Shown here piece after piece: positions 11,641 through 24,820 of a stretch of 64,000 nucleotides of DNA (position 1 is the stretch's first letter; each line of letters begins with the position of its first letter). The stretch is from assembly GCA_964187785.1 (NCBI GenBank), contig OZ076419.1:9362001-9426000 (forward strand). Reading direction: 5' to 3'. The position numbers and the translations under genes are program-made. Below the pieces are notes generated by a model. It did no database searches and had not been told where the DNA came from. It saw only the letters and a program-made list of their open reading frames with translations. Source of the DNA: Amphiscolops sp. MND2022. Lineage: Eukaryota.

Positions 11641-12488
11641 CGCCAGAGGGACACTTCTTCAATTTTTGTCGATGTATTCAGTTTGAAAAAACTGAATAAA
11701 TTGGGAAAAACTGACTACATGAGAAAAACATCTCAATATATTCATTGAAATTCAACTCCTTAAACAGAGAAAGGATGTAAACATTATTTGATGTTTGTTC
11801 CAAATTGAAGTTTTGAATAAAACAAACATTTTTCTACTCAAAGAACCTTTAAATGAGTGAAATTCCGTTTGCTCATACGATTAGTTAAAAGTCGCATTCC
11901 TTCTTTCCATTTTCTATCAAAAGAGTAAAAAGTTAAATTATCAGCAAATCTTGAAACACTACATTTGCAAAACAATGAAATTTTGTTCCAAAACTACTCA
12001 TATGCTTTTACATGTACATATTATCTCATTCCGCGCAAGTCTCATTGCAAAGCCAAACACTTCGGCACAAGGTTTTCAGAATCATTGTTTAACTAGTGGG
12101 TTAATTCTCAAAAATGATGATTCCCTATTAATTTTCCAACAGCAGAAAATTAATTCAAAAGGAAGAAAATTATTCATTCAGACATGAATCGTAAACACGG
12201 GTCAAAACGCGGTGCTTTAGAAAATCATCGCCTCAAAATGTTGCAAACTTTCTCAATTTTTAGTTTTAGGTGACACAAAAAGCACACGTTTTTGAAACTT
12301 TACACCTCAAATTTTTCATTGGCTGATGATTTCTTCCTACCTACAAAACTAGTAGCATTTTATGATGGCTTGGAGTAGCTTACAGTTACCTGTTATGCTC
12401 CTGTTTTGCTCGATTGCATTTTCTGTCGCCGGAAAACGTGAGTAAGAGTTAGTGACAAACTACAGATTGATTATCGGTTACTTCCCCC

Positions 12489-12775
12489 ATTCATAGCTCC
12501 GAAGACAAAATCGAGTGCCATTACTCCGAAAACTAATTTTAATTATCTGAGTTGAAGATAAATAGCAGCCCAAAAATGCTAATATATATACAGGCGCTGC
12601 AGCAAATTGTTAATATTGAGAAATCACCCAGGCAACTAAGGACATTGTCAGTGGGTGGGATGAAACACAAACAACCTGTCAATATTTTGCCAACTTGCGC
12701 GAATTTTACAATTGAAAATATTACGTTGGAAATTTCGGAGCTACAGCACTAGATTTTGAATTCGGAGCTATGAAT
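12489..12775. mobile_element. MITE-like element with 15-bp terminal inverted repeats
   Basis: ATTCATAGCTCCGAA (12489-12503) and TTCGGAGCTATGAAT (12761-12775). No clear TSD. Confidence 0.45.
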
Positions 12776-12847
12776 AGTCACCTCGACTACCATCATATTC
12801 TGATTATGGTCACACCATGAATAACTTCGCGCAAAGAATTTAATAGG

Positions 12848-14517
12848 TGTCATAATCACTATCCGTAGGTTCGTCATTGAGACGATTTCGGATTCGCTCA
12901 CTTTTCAGATTGTTTCTGGGATTTTCGTTTCGCAGAACTTCAGTATTCATTTCCGGTCTCTCGCCGGGACGTTCCATCCTCTTTGTGTCGTGTGTCCTGG
13001 CCCGGTCATCAAGGCATTTTGGATCTGGGGCAATACCTGACTGCTAATGGCGTCAGTAATTGCCCTTTGAATCTGAACACTAACACTGTTCATCATATCG
13101 TCCATCTGTCTAGATATTCTAGAACTTAGTTCACTTGACAACCTGTTAATCTCAAGTACAAGTTTTCTTCGTTGTTTTCAAAGAGGTTACTATTTACGTT
13201 CTCGGGTCTCCTTGCATGATTACTATTCACATTTTCATCCCTTTCAGAGTGTCTACTACCTAACATTATGTCTAGATTCTCCATATCTGAGAACATTTCT
13301 AGTCCTCTTGACTTTCTCTCTTTCTGTTGCTTTCTAGTAGTAGGCATGGAAGATTCAAGGTTGTGATACTTTATTGGTAATCAGGTTTGCAATCTATAAG
13401 AGCCTATCAATATTAACTGATCAAACTGAATTGTGTCCATCTCAGGACGAATACCGGTCTTCATACCTCTGGGAGGGCGACATTTGCAAATTTTACATAT
13501 TACGCGGGTAAAATAACATATCTAAAAAACGTGACATCAAACATTTCTCTAGTATTACACATTCCTTGGGAATCACAATAACAATATCTCTACCAAATAT
13601 TAGGATATCAGCCGCAACTTTGAACATTTTATTCTATGCTAACAAACACATTCATCTCAAGAATGTCAACAAATGTTTGATGCTATGTGCGGTATGTAAC
13701 ATTGGCACGTGACACCACGTGCGCTCTGCTGAATCAATCTAAGCACAAAATATATGATTACATGTATGAGCCCGTACAAGGCTATGGCTTTATCTAAATA
13801 ATATCTAATACTGCATTGAACAAAGTAGCCCGGGCCAAAACACTCTGGCGCAAATAATACAGCGTCTTGCACAATTGGGCCTGAACGGGCTAATTGCCTT
13901 ATTATCAAATAAGCGTCATCAAAGTTTGGTTAAATGTCCTTAACCGTATTTTTCTCATAGTATTAAATCTGAAGCAATTAAAGTTCTTCTTTCATTGGCG
14001 TAGTTATTTAGCATCAGTGTACTTATATTAATCAAACAAAAAAGAATGGTTGGTATCAAAGCATCAAATATATAAAACGACCGGAACCGGCCGTTTGACT
14101 AAAACAACAGGCAAGAGCTGAGAGATTACGTCAAAGGGACTTGTTAGGCCATTATGGAATGTACATTTTAGCACAACAAATACTGCGATCTGATTGGGCA
14201 AGGCTACGCGCTCAAGTAACGCTTCCGGAGTAGAGCGTTACATCACTTGAACGCGTTTCCTTTACTGCCGTATAGTTGTACTCTGCTTGCACTGTTTCAA
14301 TTCATACTTGGCATTTATCAACAAATTTCAACAACTTGATTTGAACTACCAAATCATACTTTTAACAGACTAATAATAATTGTGTATAAAACATAAAAAA
14401 CGTGATAATGTATGTGGCAAAAGTTTATTCTTAGTGTCAGTTTTAAAATATCGGCAAGTGCCGGGTACGGTCTCCTGTCCGGTCGTTGTGGTTGTGATTC
14501 GGCGGCAGCCTGCGACA
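12848..14517 (-). mobile_element. Solo LTR of the large Gypsy family (third, diverged subfamily)
   Basis: Minus strand starts TGTCGCAGGCTGCCGC like the LTR of element A and ends ATGACA. Flanks ATAGG/TTAGG form a 5-bp TSD with 1 mismatch. It carries frameshifted gag N-terminus MPTTRKQQKERKSRGLEMFSDMENLDIMLG (13126-13347) and SSELSSRISRQMDDMMNSVSVQIQRAI (12947-13141). No PBS or internal region. Confidence 0.85.
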
Positions 14518-16491
14518 TTAGGCCAACCAGATTTCTTAGTAAAAACATGATATGATTCATCATGTTTCATAGCGCCATGCATGACGTATTCACTGTCGGT
14601 GGTAACAAGTTGTTAGCTTAACGAATACTTTAAGAGACTACCGTTGTGACATGTGTTAGGTTGTACAGCTGAACTGTAATAAAGCCGAATAATTTTACAT
14701 CAGAACTCAATCGCAATGTTGATTGTTATTGTTCGCTCCGTCCGACAGTGAGCTTTGAATGATGCAACTATCGTGTAACTTTAAAGCGGTCCGAGTAAAT
14801 GAAAGTCGAGGTGGTAGTTTGCTTGGTATACCTGTGATACCGAGGGGTAGAGCGTTCGAGTCACGGACAGATCAACCATTTTAAGAATTTCATAAGCAAC
14901 AACTCTGCCTAAAAACCTGATTTTGCTAAGCAATTCTAGTTTACGGCAAGGCCAGTCCATGTGTACTTAAAGAGTCATCGGAATTGAAATCGGGTTAAAC
15001 ATTGAACAACGACGCACGGATTTTAGGGCAACGAATTTACAAATTTGAACGATTCGTGGAGGTTTTTGGAGAAAGAATTTTATTCCATTCCGGACATTCA
15101 AAGTTATTTGAATCCATCCCGAGACGGAATCGGGCCGTTCTCAAACATCAGGGCTATCCCACTAAATACTGACTTTCTTTTTGTTTCTGTCATCAGCTTC
15201 TAAAAAGTCTTTAGCGCTAATCTTTTTGTTATATCTACAAAAAACACTTTGTCCCGATTTCGTTTCTAGTTACTGTAAAAAAAGAGTGTATTAGCTTTCA
15301 TTTCTTCAGACTGTGTTTTATAGTTACGGAATTGAAGCTTCGTTCTGAAGTAGTTTGGCCAATTACAATTGAGAATTCAATCTTTTGATATAGCACTATT
15401 CGTCGTTAACCCTGTTTGGCTATAATCCATACCACTAGTTTGCTTATTTCCTCGAACAATGAGATTTGAGATCGGCTTTATAATCGATCTTCTTAAAGCT
15501 TGTTCGGTTATACTAAATCATAAGAGTCCCTCCCACCTCAGGAGAAATCTACCCATATGTCCTAAAATTCAAAACATTTATAAAAATTTTTCCAAAACCT
15601 GCCCAAAACTGTGAAAATAGCAGAAATGTTTTTTCACCTGATTTCACTTGATGCGCCAATCAAAATTGAAAGTTAGAGCAAGCAAGCAATTCTACTAAAT
15701 GATTGATAACGATGCTCAGCACATAGGGGGACGATTTCTGAATCACAGTACCGTATGTTTGATTTTATTTAACAACTACTAAAGCCGAAATGCCATTCTT
15801 ACAAAAACATAGCATGAGAAATCGTGTTTTCTACAAAAACAAAACATAACATAGAACATGGTATTCTCGGGTGTAAAACGTTGACGTCTTTGTGCGCATT
15901 TTAGACAGGGTATTGGATCTTGCGAAATATCGCATCCCACCTACGAAATGTACAAGGATTGCGTCTTCTTTAGGGTCTCAAAATTTCTGAAATCTTAAAA
16001 AGAATATTTTAGAAAATCTTGGGAACTCGTATTATCAATATACTTTTATATCTGAGATTTCCTAGTGTATCTGGCCGAAAGACAAAACAATTTTGTATTC
16101 TGACCGGAAGGATCAATTCTGACCCTGAAATCTCGTAATCTGAGCACCAGACTATAAAACCCATGGTACACTGGATTGTTTTCGGGAAGTGTGTGTTAGT
16201 GTTGGTGAATATTGACAGAATATAAAATTCTGGAATATTCCTCTGTTTTGTACTTTGACCACGATTTGGTGCAAATTAATCAGACTGAGATCTCAAATCT
16301 GACAGTCAAATGTTCTTTACATTTTAGAGTTGTTGCTTTTAGACTAGTTATTTGATTGTAATCGAAGGCTGGTGATAGAAGGTCGGTCGTTGAAGGGATT
16401 ACCAATTGATTGATAAATACCAATCTTTATTGATAAATTATCCTTCGAAGTTCAATACGTGGGAGTTTTTGGATTTTCTTGAACGTTTTTA

Positions 16492-16665
16492 CCCTAGTTG
16501 AAAAAATTCACATCTTTTGCAAAATTCTTACAAAAACTCTTGTAAGAAAATGCATTATTTGACACTAACTCTTACAAGATTCTTGCAAAATTTGCGATTT
16601 TCAGCTGAAAATGGTACAAAAAATGCATAAACCTTACAAAACTCTTACAAAATTTGCATTGTTCC
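16492..16665 (+). repeat. Fragment of a CCCTAG-ended MITE-like interspersed repeat
   Basis: Near-identical to 46159-46325; rich in TTCTTACAA / TTGTAAGAA motifs. Confidence 0.7.
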
Positions 16666-16794
16666 ACTAAAGGAAATTCTGGAAAAAAAGTCGCTCCTAA
16701 CCTATTAATCAGAAAAATTCATGCGAGCGATGAATGATACCATTTCCATACTCTCAACCTCAGCCTTTCGCAACAAAAGGATCCTATCTCTCTC

Positions 16795-16895
16795 AAAAAA
16801 GTTATTTTAGACGTTACTCTAGTGCAATACAGTGTTTTTAGATCTTATTCTACCAAAATACGGTGATTTTAGACGCTATTCTATCGAATAATTTT
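16795..16895 (+). repeat. Short patch of the 30-bp minisatellite
   Basis: About 3 units of GATTTTAGACGTTATTC..AAAATACGGT, the same as the 28436-29815 array. Confidence 0.7.
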
Positions 16896-17044
16896 TGTTT
16901 CTCAAAACTCAAACTGTTTCTCGCTCAACACTTGAAATTATGTAAAAAAAACACTGAAAATATCAAATAAAGTTATGTAATAAAGTCACATTCTTCAGTC
17001 GTCGCTGGCCAATTGAGAAGTTGTAAACTCTGACAGGGCTACAT

Positions 17045-20000
17045 TCGGCGTCCTGAAAAGTATTTGCAGTGGAAAAAGAACCGTGAGATGGATAAAACTT
17101 GAAAAAAATGTTATAACGAAAAAGGAACATTTTTTCCGATACATCAAAAATGTAATCAAGAGCTCAAAAACCCATTTCTTAGTCTGCGCTAGTGAATAAA
17201 GGAAACAGTACATTCTAGTTGCGCTATAAACGAATAATTGCAGTGAAAATCGCTCAAAGAAACATGAGAACCAAAGGAAACATCAACATTAAAGTCGAAT
17301 CAAACTTGAGGTCCAACGAAAAACAAGGTTTTTCCAACAGAAAAAAAACAACGTTTTTTGACTCTTCGCTCACCCATCCTGACCGTAGCAAATCAGAAGG
17401 GCTTCCCGAAGTGTATTTGCGAAGAAAAAACTACAGTGATATGGATAAAATTTGAAACAAAGGTTACAATGAAGTTGGAAATTTTTTTCAGATACACCAA
17501 AAATGTAATCAAGAGCTCAAAAAAACCCATTTCTTAGTCTGCGCTAGCCAAGTAAAAAACAGTACATTCTAGTAGCGCTATAAATGAATATTTGCAGTAA
17601 AAATCCTTCAAAGAAACTAGAAAAGCGAAAAAAGCACCAACATTAAAGTCGGATCAAACTTGAGGTTCAACGAAAAACAAAGATTTTCCAACAAAAAAAA
17701 ACGTTTTTGACTCTTCGCTCAGCAATCACAATTGTATCAAATCAGAAGAGCTTCCTGAAGTGTATTTGCATGAAAACAAGGACCGTCAGATAGATAAAAC
17801 TTGAAAGAAAAGTTATAACGAAGTGGGAACTTTTTTTCAGATACACCAAAAATGTATCACGAGATCAAAAAAACGCATTTCTTAATCTGCGTTTGCCAGG
17901 TAAGAAGCAGTACACTCTAGTAGCGCTATAAGCGAATAATTGCAGTAAAAATCCCTCAAAAAACATGAGAAGCAAAAGAAACACCAACATTGACGTCTGA
18001 TCAAACATGAGGTCCAAGAAAAAACGACGTTTTTGCAACAAAAAAAACAATGTTTCTGACTCTTCGCTCACCAATCGCGACCGTAGCAAATCAGAAGGGC
18101 TTCCTGAAGTGTGTTTGCAAAGAAAAAAGCACCGTGAGATAGAAAGGTTGAAAGAAAGGTTACAACGAAGTTGGAACACTTTTCAGATCCACCAGAAATA
18201 TTATCACGAGCTGAAAAACTTGCATTAATTATTCTGCGCTAGACAATTAAAAACAGTACATTCTAGTAGCAATATCAACGAGTAGGTGCAGTGGAAATCC
18301 CTCAAAAAAAACATGAAAACTCAAATAAACTCCAACATTGAAATCGGATCAAACATGATGTCCAACGAAAAACAATGTTTTTTTTGATGCAAAAACCTCG
18401 TTTTTGACTCTTCGCTCACCAATCGCAACCGTAGCAAATCAGAAGGGCTTCTCGAAGTGTATTTGCATGAAAAAAGCACTGTGAGTTGGATAAAACTTGA
18501 AAAATAGGTTATAACGAAGTAGTAACGTTTTCCAGATACACCAAAAATGAAATCACGAGATGTAAAAATCGCAGTTTTTATTCTACGCTAGCCAATTGAG
18601 AAACAGTGCACTCTAATAGCGATATCAACGAGTAATTGCAGTGAAAATCCCTCAAAAAAACATGAAAACCCAAACAAACACAAACATTTAAGTCAGACTA
18701 AACTTGAGGTCCAAAGAAAAACAAGGGTTTTCCATTTAAAAAGAAAACAATATTTGCCATTCTTCGCTATTCAATTGCTACCGTATCAAATAAGAAGGGC
18801 TTTCTGAAGTTTATTTGCATAAAAAAGCACCATAAAATAAATAAAACTTGAAAGGGAGGTTGAAACGGAGATGGAACATTTTTCATAATCACAAAAAGGT
18901 AATCACGAGCTCAAAAAAACAGCTTTTGGTCTGCGCTAGCCAAGTAAGAAACAGTACACTCTGGTAGCACGGTAAACGAGGAATTGTAGTGAAAAAAGAA
19001 ACATGAAAACACGAAGAAGCACTAAAATTAGAGTCGGATCAAACTTGAGGTGCCATGAAGAATAAGGTTTTTCCAACAAGAAACATTGTTTTCGAGTCTT
19101 CGCTAACCAATTGCGAACGTATCGAATAAGAAAGGCTCCCGGGAGGGTATTTATAGTGAAAAAGTTTTGTGAGTTAGATACATTCTAGTGGCGCGATAAA
19201 CGAGTAACTGCACTGAGAACTCCCCAAAGAAACTAGAAAACCCAAAGAAACACCAACATTTAGGTCGGATCAAACTTGGTCCAACGAAAAACAAGGTTTT
19301 TCGAATAAAAAAAAAAGATTTCCGAGTCTTCGCTCACCAATCGCGACCGTTCTAAATCAGAAGGGCTTCCTGAAGTGTATTTTCATGAAAAAAATACCGT
19401 GATATGGATAAAACTTGAAAGGGAGGTTATAAAGGAGTTGGAACATTTTTTCCGATACACCAAAAATGTAATCAAGAGCTCAAAAAACCCATTTCTTAGA
19501 CTGCGCTAGTCAATAAAGGAAACAGTACACTCTAGTTGCGCTATAAACGAATAATTGCAGTAAAAATTGCTCAAAGAAACATGAGAACCAAAAGAAACAC
19601 CAACATTAAAGTCGAATCAAACTTGAGGTCCGACGAAAAACAAGGTTTTTCCATAAAAAAACAAGGTTTTTTGACTCTTCGCTCAGCAATCGAAATTGTA
19701 GTAAAGTAGAAGGGCTTCCTGAAAGGTATTTACATTTAAAAAGCACCGTGAGAGAGATAAAACCCGGAAAAAAAATGATATAACGAAGTAGGAACATTTT
19801 TCCGATACACCAAAAAGGTAATCAAGAGCGCAAAAAAACCCATTTCTTAGTCTGCGCTAGCCAAGTAAAAAACAGTACATTCTAGTAGCGCTATAAAAGA
19901 AAAAATGCAGTAAAAATCTCTCAAAGAAACATGAGAACCAAAAGAAACACGAACATTAAAGTCTGGTCAAACTTGAGGTCCAACAAAAAACAAGGTTTTT

Positions 20001-23000
20001 CGAATAAAAAAAAACAACGTTTTCGACTCTTCGTTCACCAATCGCGACCGTTCCAAATCAGAAGGGCTTCTTGAAGTGTATTTGCATGAAAAAAAATACC
20101 ATGATATGGATAAAACTTGAAAGGGAGGTTATAAAGAAGTTGGAACATTTTTTTCCGAAACACCAAAATGTAATCAAGAGATCAAAAAAACCATTTCTTA
20201 GTCTGCGCTAGTCAAAAAAGGAAACAGTACACTCTAGTCGCGCTATAAACGAATAATTACAGTAAAAATCCCCCAAAGAAACATGAGAACCAAAAGAAAC
20301 ACTAGCATTAAAGTCGGGTCAAACTTGAGGTCCAACGAAAAAGTGAGTTTTTTCAATCAAAAAAACAATGTTTTTCGATTTTCGCCAACCAATTGCGAAC
20401 GTATCGACTGAAAAGGGCTTCCAGAAGGGTATTTGTAGTGAAAAAGCACCGATAAATGGATAATCCTTGAAAGATAATTATGAAGTTTATCTGTATAAAA
20501 AAGCACCATAAGATAGATAAAACTTGAAAGGGAGGTTATAACTGAGATGGAACATTTTTCAGAATCACAAAAAGGTAATCACGAGCTCAAAAAAACGGTT
20601 TTTATGCTGCGCTAGCCAAGTAAAAAACAGTACACTCTAGTAGCGCGATAAACGAGGAATTGTAATGAAAATACCTCAAAAAAAGCATGAAAACCCAAAG
20701 AAACAACAACATTAAAGTCTGATCAAACTTGTGGTCCAACAAAAAACAAGGATTTTCCAACACAAAAACGTTTTTGACTCCTCGTTCACCAATTGCGATC
20801 GTATGCAATCAAAAGGGCTTCCTGAAGTGCATTTGCATTTAAAAAGCACCGTGAGATAGATAAAACCCGAAAAAAAAGGTTATAACGAAGTAGTAACATT
20901 TTCCAGATACACCAAAAATGTAATCAAGAGCTCAAAAAACACATATCTTAGTCTGCGCTAGCCACGTAAAAAATAGTACATTCTAGTAGCGCTATAAATG
21001 AATAATTGCAGTGAAAATCCCTCAAAAAGAAACATGAGAACCAAAAGAAACACCAACATTAACGTCGGATCAAACTTGAGGTCCAACGAAAAACGAGGAT
21101 TTTCCAACAGAAAAAACAACGTTTTTTGACTCTTCGCTCAGCAATCGAAATCGTAGCAAATTAGTAGGGCTTCTGAAGTGTATATGCATATAAAAAGCAC
21201 CGTGAGATAGATAAAACCCGAAAAAAAATGTTTTAACGAAGTAGGAACATTTTTTCCGATACAACATAAGGGTTTTCAAGAGCTCAAAAAACCCATTTCT
21301 TAGTCTGCGCTAGCCAAGTAAAAAACAGTACATTCTAGTAGCGCTATAAATGAATAATTGCAGTGAAAATCCCTCAAAGAAACATGAGAACCAAAAGAAA
21401 CACCAACAATAAAGTCGAATCAAACTTGAGGTCCAACGAAAAACAAGGTTTTTCCAACAGAAAAAAAACAACGTTTTTGACTCTTCGCTCACCAATCGCA
21501 ACCGTAGCAAATCAAAAAGGCTTCCTGAAGTGTATTTGCATGGAAAAAAGCACCATGAGATAGATAAAACTCGAAAGGGAGATTATGACGGAGTTTGAAC
21601 GTTTTTCAGATACACAAAAAATGTAATCACGAGCTCGAAAGAATCACATTTTCCAAACTGCGCTAGACAAGTAAGGAACAGTACACTCTTGTAGCGCCAT
21701 GAACTAGTAATTGGAGTTAAAACTCCCTAAAAAAACTGGAAAAACCAGAAGAAACACCAATTTTGATGTCATCAAACTTGAGGTTCAACAAAAAATTGAC
21801 TTTTTCCAATAAAAAAAAATGTTTTCCGATCTTCGCCAACCAATTGCGAACATATCGACTGAGAAGTGCTTCCTGAAGAGTATTTGTAGTGAAAAAGCAA
21901 CAATGAATGGATAATCCTTAAAAGATAATTATGAAGTTTATCCGTACAAAAAAGCACCATAAGATAGATAAAACTTGAAAGGGAGGTTATAACGGAGATG
22001 GAACATTCTTCAGAATCACAAAAAGGTAATCACGAGCTCAAAAAAACTGTTTTTATGCTGCGCTAGCCAAGTTAAAAACAGTACACTCTAGTAGCGCGAT
22101 AAACGAGGAATTGTAATGAAAATACCTCCAAAAAGCATGAAAACCCAAAGAAACACCAACATTAATATCTGATCAAACTTGTGGTCCAACAAAAAACCAG
22201 GATTTTCCAACAAAAAAACGTTTTTGACTCTTCACTCAACAACTGCGATCATATCCAATCAAAAGGTCTTTCAGAAGTGTATTCGCATGAAAAAAGCACC
22301 GTAATATGGATAAAACATCAAAGAAATGTTACAACGAAGTTGGAACATTTTTTCAGATACACCGAAAATGTAATCAAGAGCCTGAAAAAACTATTTCTTA
22401 GTCTGCGCTAGCCAAGTAGGAAGCAGTGCACTCTAGTGGCGCTATATACGGATAATTGCAGTAAAAATCCCTCTCAAAGAAACATGAGAACCAAAAGAAA
22501 CACCAACATTAAAGTCGGACCAAGCTTGGTCCAACGAAAAACAAGAATTTTCCAACAGAAAAAAAACAACATTTTCGACTCTTTGCTCACTAATCGCAAC
22601 CGTAGCAAATCAGAAGGGCTTCCTGAAGTGTATTTGCAAAGAAAAAAGCACCGTGATATGGATAAAAATTGGAAGAAAGGTTATAATCAAGTTGGAACAT
22701 TTTTGAGATCCACCAAAAATGTGAACACGAGCTGAAAAATTGCATTCTTTATTCTGCGCATGCCAAGTAAGAAGCAGTGCACTCTAGTAGCGCTATAAAC
22801 GAATAATTGAGGGTAAAAATCTCTCAAAGAAACATGAGAACCAAAAGAAACACCAACATTAAAGTCTGGTCAAACTTGAGGTCCAACGAAAAACAAGGTT
22901 TTTCGAATAAAAAAAAACAACGTTTTCGACTCTTCGTTCACCAATTGCAACCGTTCCAAATCCGAAAGGCTTCCTGAAAAGTATTTGCAAAGAAAAAAGC

Positions 23001-23553
23001 ACCGTGAGATGGAAAAAAATTGGAAGAAATGTTATAATCAAGTTGGAACATTTTTGAGATCCACCAAAAATGTGAACACGAGCTGAAAAATTGCATTCTT
23101 CATTCTGCGCATGCCAAGTAAGAAGCAGTGCACTCTAGTAGCGCTATAAACGAATAATTGCAGTAAAAATCCCTCGAAGAAACATGAGAACCAAAAGAAA
23201 CACCAACATTAAAGTCGAATCAAATTTGAGGTCCAACGAAAAACAAGGTTTTTCCAACAGAAAAGAACGTTTTTTGACTCTTCGCTCAGCAATCGAAATC
23301 GTAGCAAATTAGAAGGGCTTCCTGAAGTGTATTTACATTCAAAAAGCACCGTGAGATAAATAAAACCCGAAATTGTTATAACGAAGTAGGAACATTTTTT
23401 CCGACACACCAAAAATGTAATTAAGAGCTCAAAAAACATTTCTTAGTCTGCGCTAGTCAAGAAAGAAAACGATACACTCCAGTCGCGCTATTAACGAATA
23501 ATTGCAGTAAAAATCCCTCAAAGAAACTAGAAAACCGGAAAAAGCACCAACAG
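17045..23553 (+). repeat. Satellite array, ~350-bp monomer, about 18-19 diverged copies
   Basis: Anchor TTCTTAGTCTGCGCTAG recurs at ~17176, 17531, 17879, 18228, 18577, 18925, 19495, 19845, 20196, 20600, 20946, 21298, 21655, 22055, 22396, 22748, 23100 and 23441. The short ORFs here are repeat artefacts. Confidence 0.95.
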
Positions 23554-23868
23554 AAGTTACCAAGTTTGAAATAAACATCTTTGATGCAATCGTTTTGAAC
23601 TGTTCAATTTTTTCTTCGACAAAGCTCTTTCTTGACGCTCAACTTGATTGGCAGCTTCCTTTGCGCTCAGATAGGCGTAACGGGAGTTGCCACAAATCCG
23701 AAGTACTGCCTCTGTAACAAACATTGGATAGTGGTGAGTGTTTTATGTTTGTGTTTTATGATGCATTTTGACTGGAAGCAAATTTTTGAACAAAAGATAG
23801 GTTCACGAAGGCAAGTGTAACCTTGTTCTTCGACAAAGACATCTCATTGTCATAAACAATCAACATTA

Positions 23869-24189
23869 CGATACATATGCCGCAAAAGTGAACTTTATCA
23901 TCCAGTGTAAAATGTATTTTCGTAAAACAAATGCGAACATTATTCTAGTCGAATAGTGCACCGTGTTCATCGCGGATTGTGATGCACAGTGTGATAGGAA
24001 ATTTCGCATGGTAAACATACAGCGTGATTGTGTAAAATAGTCATTTACTGTTTCATGATCACTACGCGTAACGCCTAATAACAGTGTAACGAGCAAAACA
24101 CGTAACGCGTCTTTAAAATAATAACGCGTTTTTATTGGCTGTTAATCGAACTAGCAAGATCTTGCTAGTTCGTGGCGGCATATGTATCG
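23869..24189. mobile_element. Tc1/mariner-type MITE (TA TSD, 15-bp TIR)
   Basis: TA|CGATACATATGCCGC ... GCGGCATATGTATCG|TA. Contains a perfect 26-bp palindrome at 24147-24172. Confidence 0.7.
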
Positions 24190-24241
24190 TATTGAATGAG
24201 AGTATTTTACCGGTTTTTCATGCTCGTCACGGAGATCTAAT

Positions 24242-24690
24242 CTAACCTTTGAAGATGTCTACGTCGCTTTTGGGGGCTGGGTTACGGTTTACATTGTTAT
24301 CTTTTATATTACTTTTCCTTGGTGAGAAACAGAGTGACTCCCTTTCCTCCCTAGTATGGATTGCCTTAGCCAAATGACGCCCCACCTCTTTATAGTTTCT
24401 TCGATCCCCTTGATACTGGAGCAAATCTTTTCCTTTATAAAAGAGAGTTGATTCGATGCGTTTAGGAAACAGCTCCATGGCGGCTGATTTCTTCTGAAAG
24501 ACAATACCTATGAAGCAAGGCAACAATTCAGAAGTTCCTTCAATTCATTAAACGACAAACTTTTTTCTTTAGAGTTTGATATGAAACTAGCATCTCGTTC
24601 CGAAACCTCAACTCCACCTCGTCACATCGCCTAAGACACTCTTCCAGGTCTTCCAAGCGCTTGTTCAGGTTTCTCAAGTTCGCCGCATGA
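24242..24690 (-). pseudogene. Coiled-coil plus BEN-like domain fragment
   Basis: Upstream frame NLRNLNKRLEDLEECLRRCDEVELRFRNEML (heptad-like), then DLLQYQGDRRNYKEVGRHLAKAIHTREERESLCFSPRK..RNPAPKSDVDIFK, resembling the first helices of BEN domains. Possible donor AAAG|GTTAG at the end. Confidence 0.4.
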
Positions 24691-24820
24691 AAAATTATCC
24701 CTGAGAAACTATGAACTCTGTTCGTAGTTCAAGGTGTTAATGAAAATTTGAAGAAACTAAAACTTACGAAATAGCTAAAACATGAGATATGAAAAAAAAT
24801 CAATTCCTTCAGCTTATAGA

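Noticed and set aside
14810-14850. Another tRNA/SINE head (GTTCGAGTC) and the similar GGTTCGAATC at ~28340
   Set aside because: Only a partial B box with no convincing A box spacing, tail or TSD.
17219-23439. The many 60-105 aa ORFs in the 350-bp satellite
   Set aside because: They recur with the repeat period, are Lys/Phe-biased from A/T runs and differ in frame between monomers.
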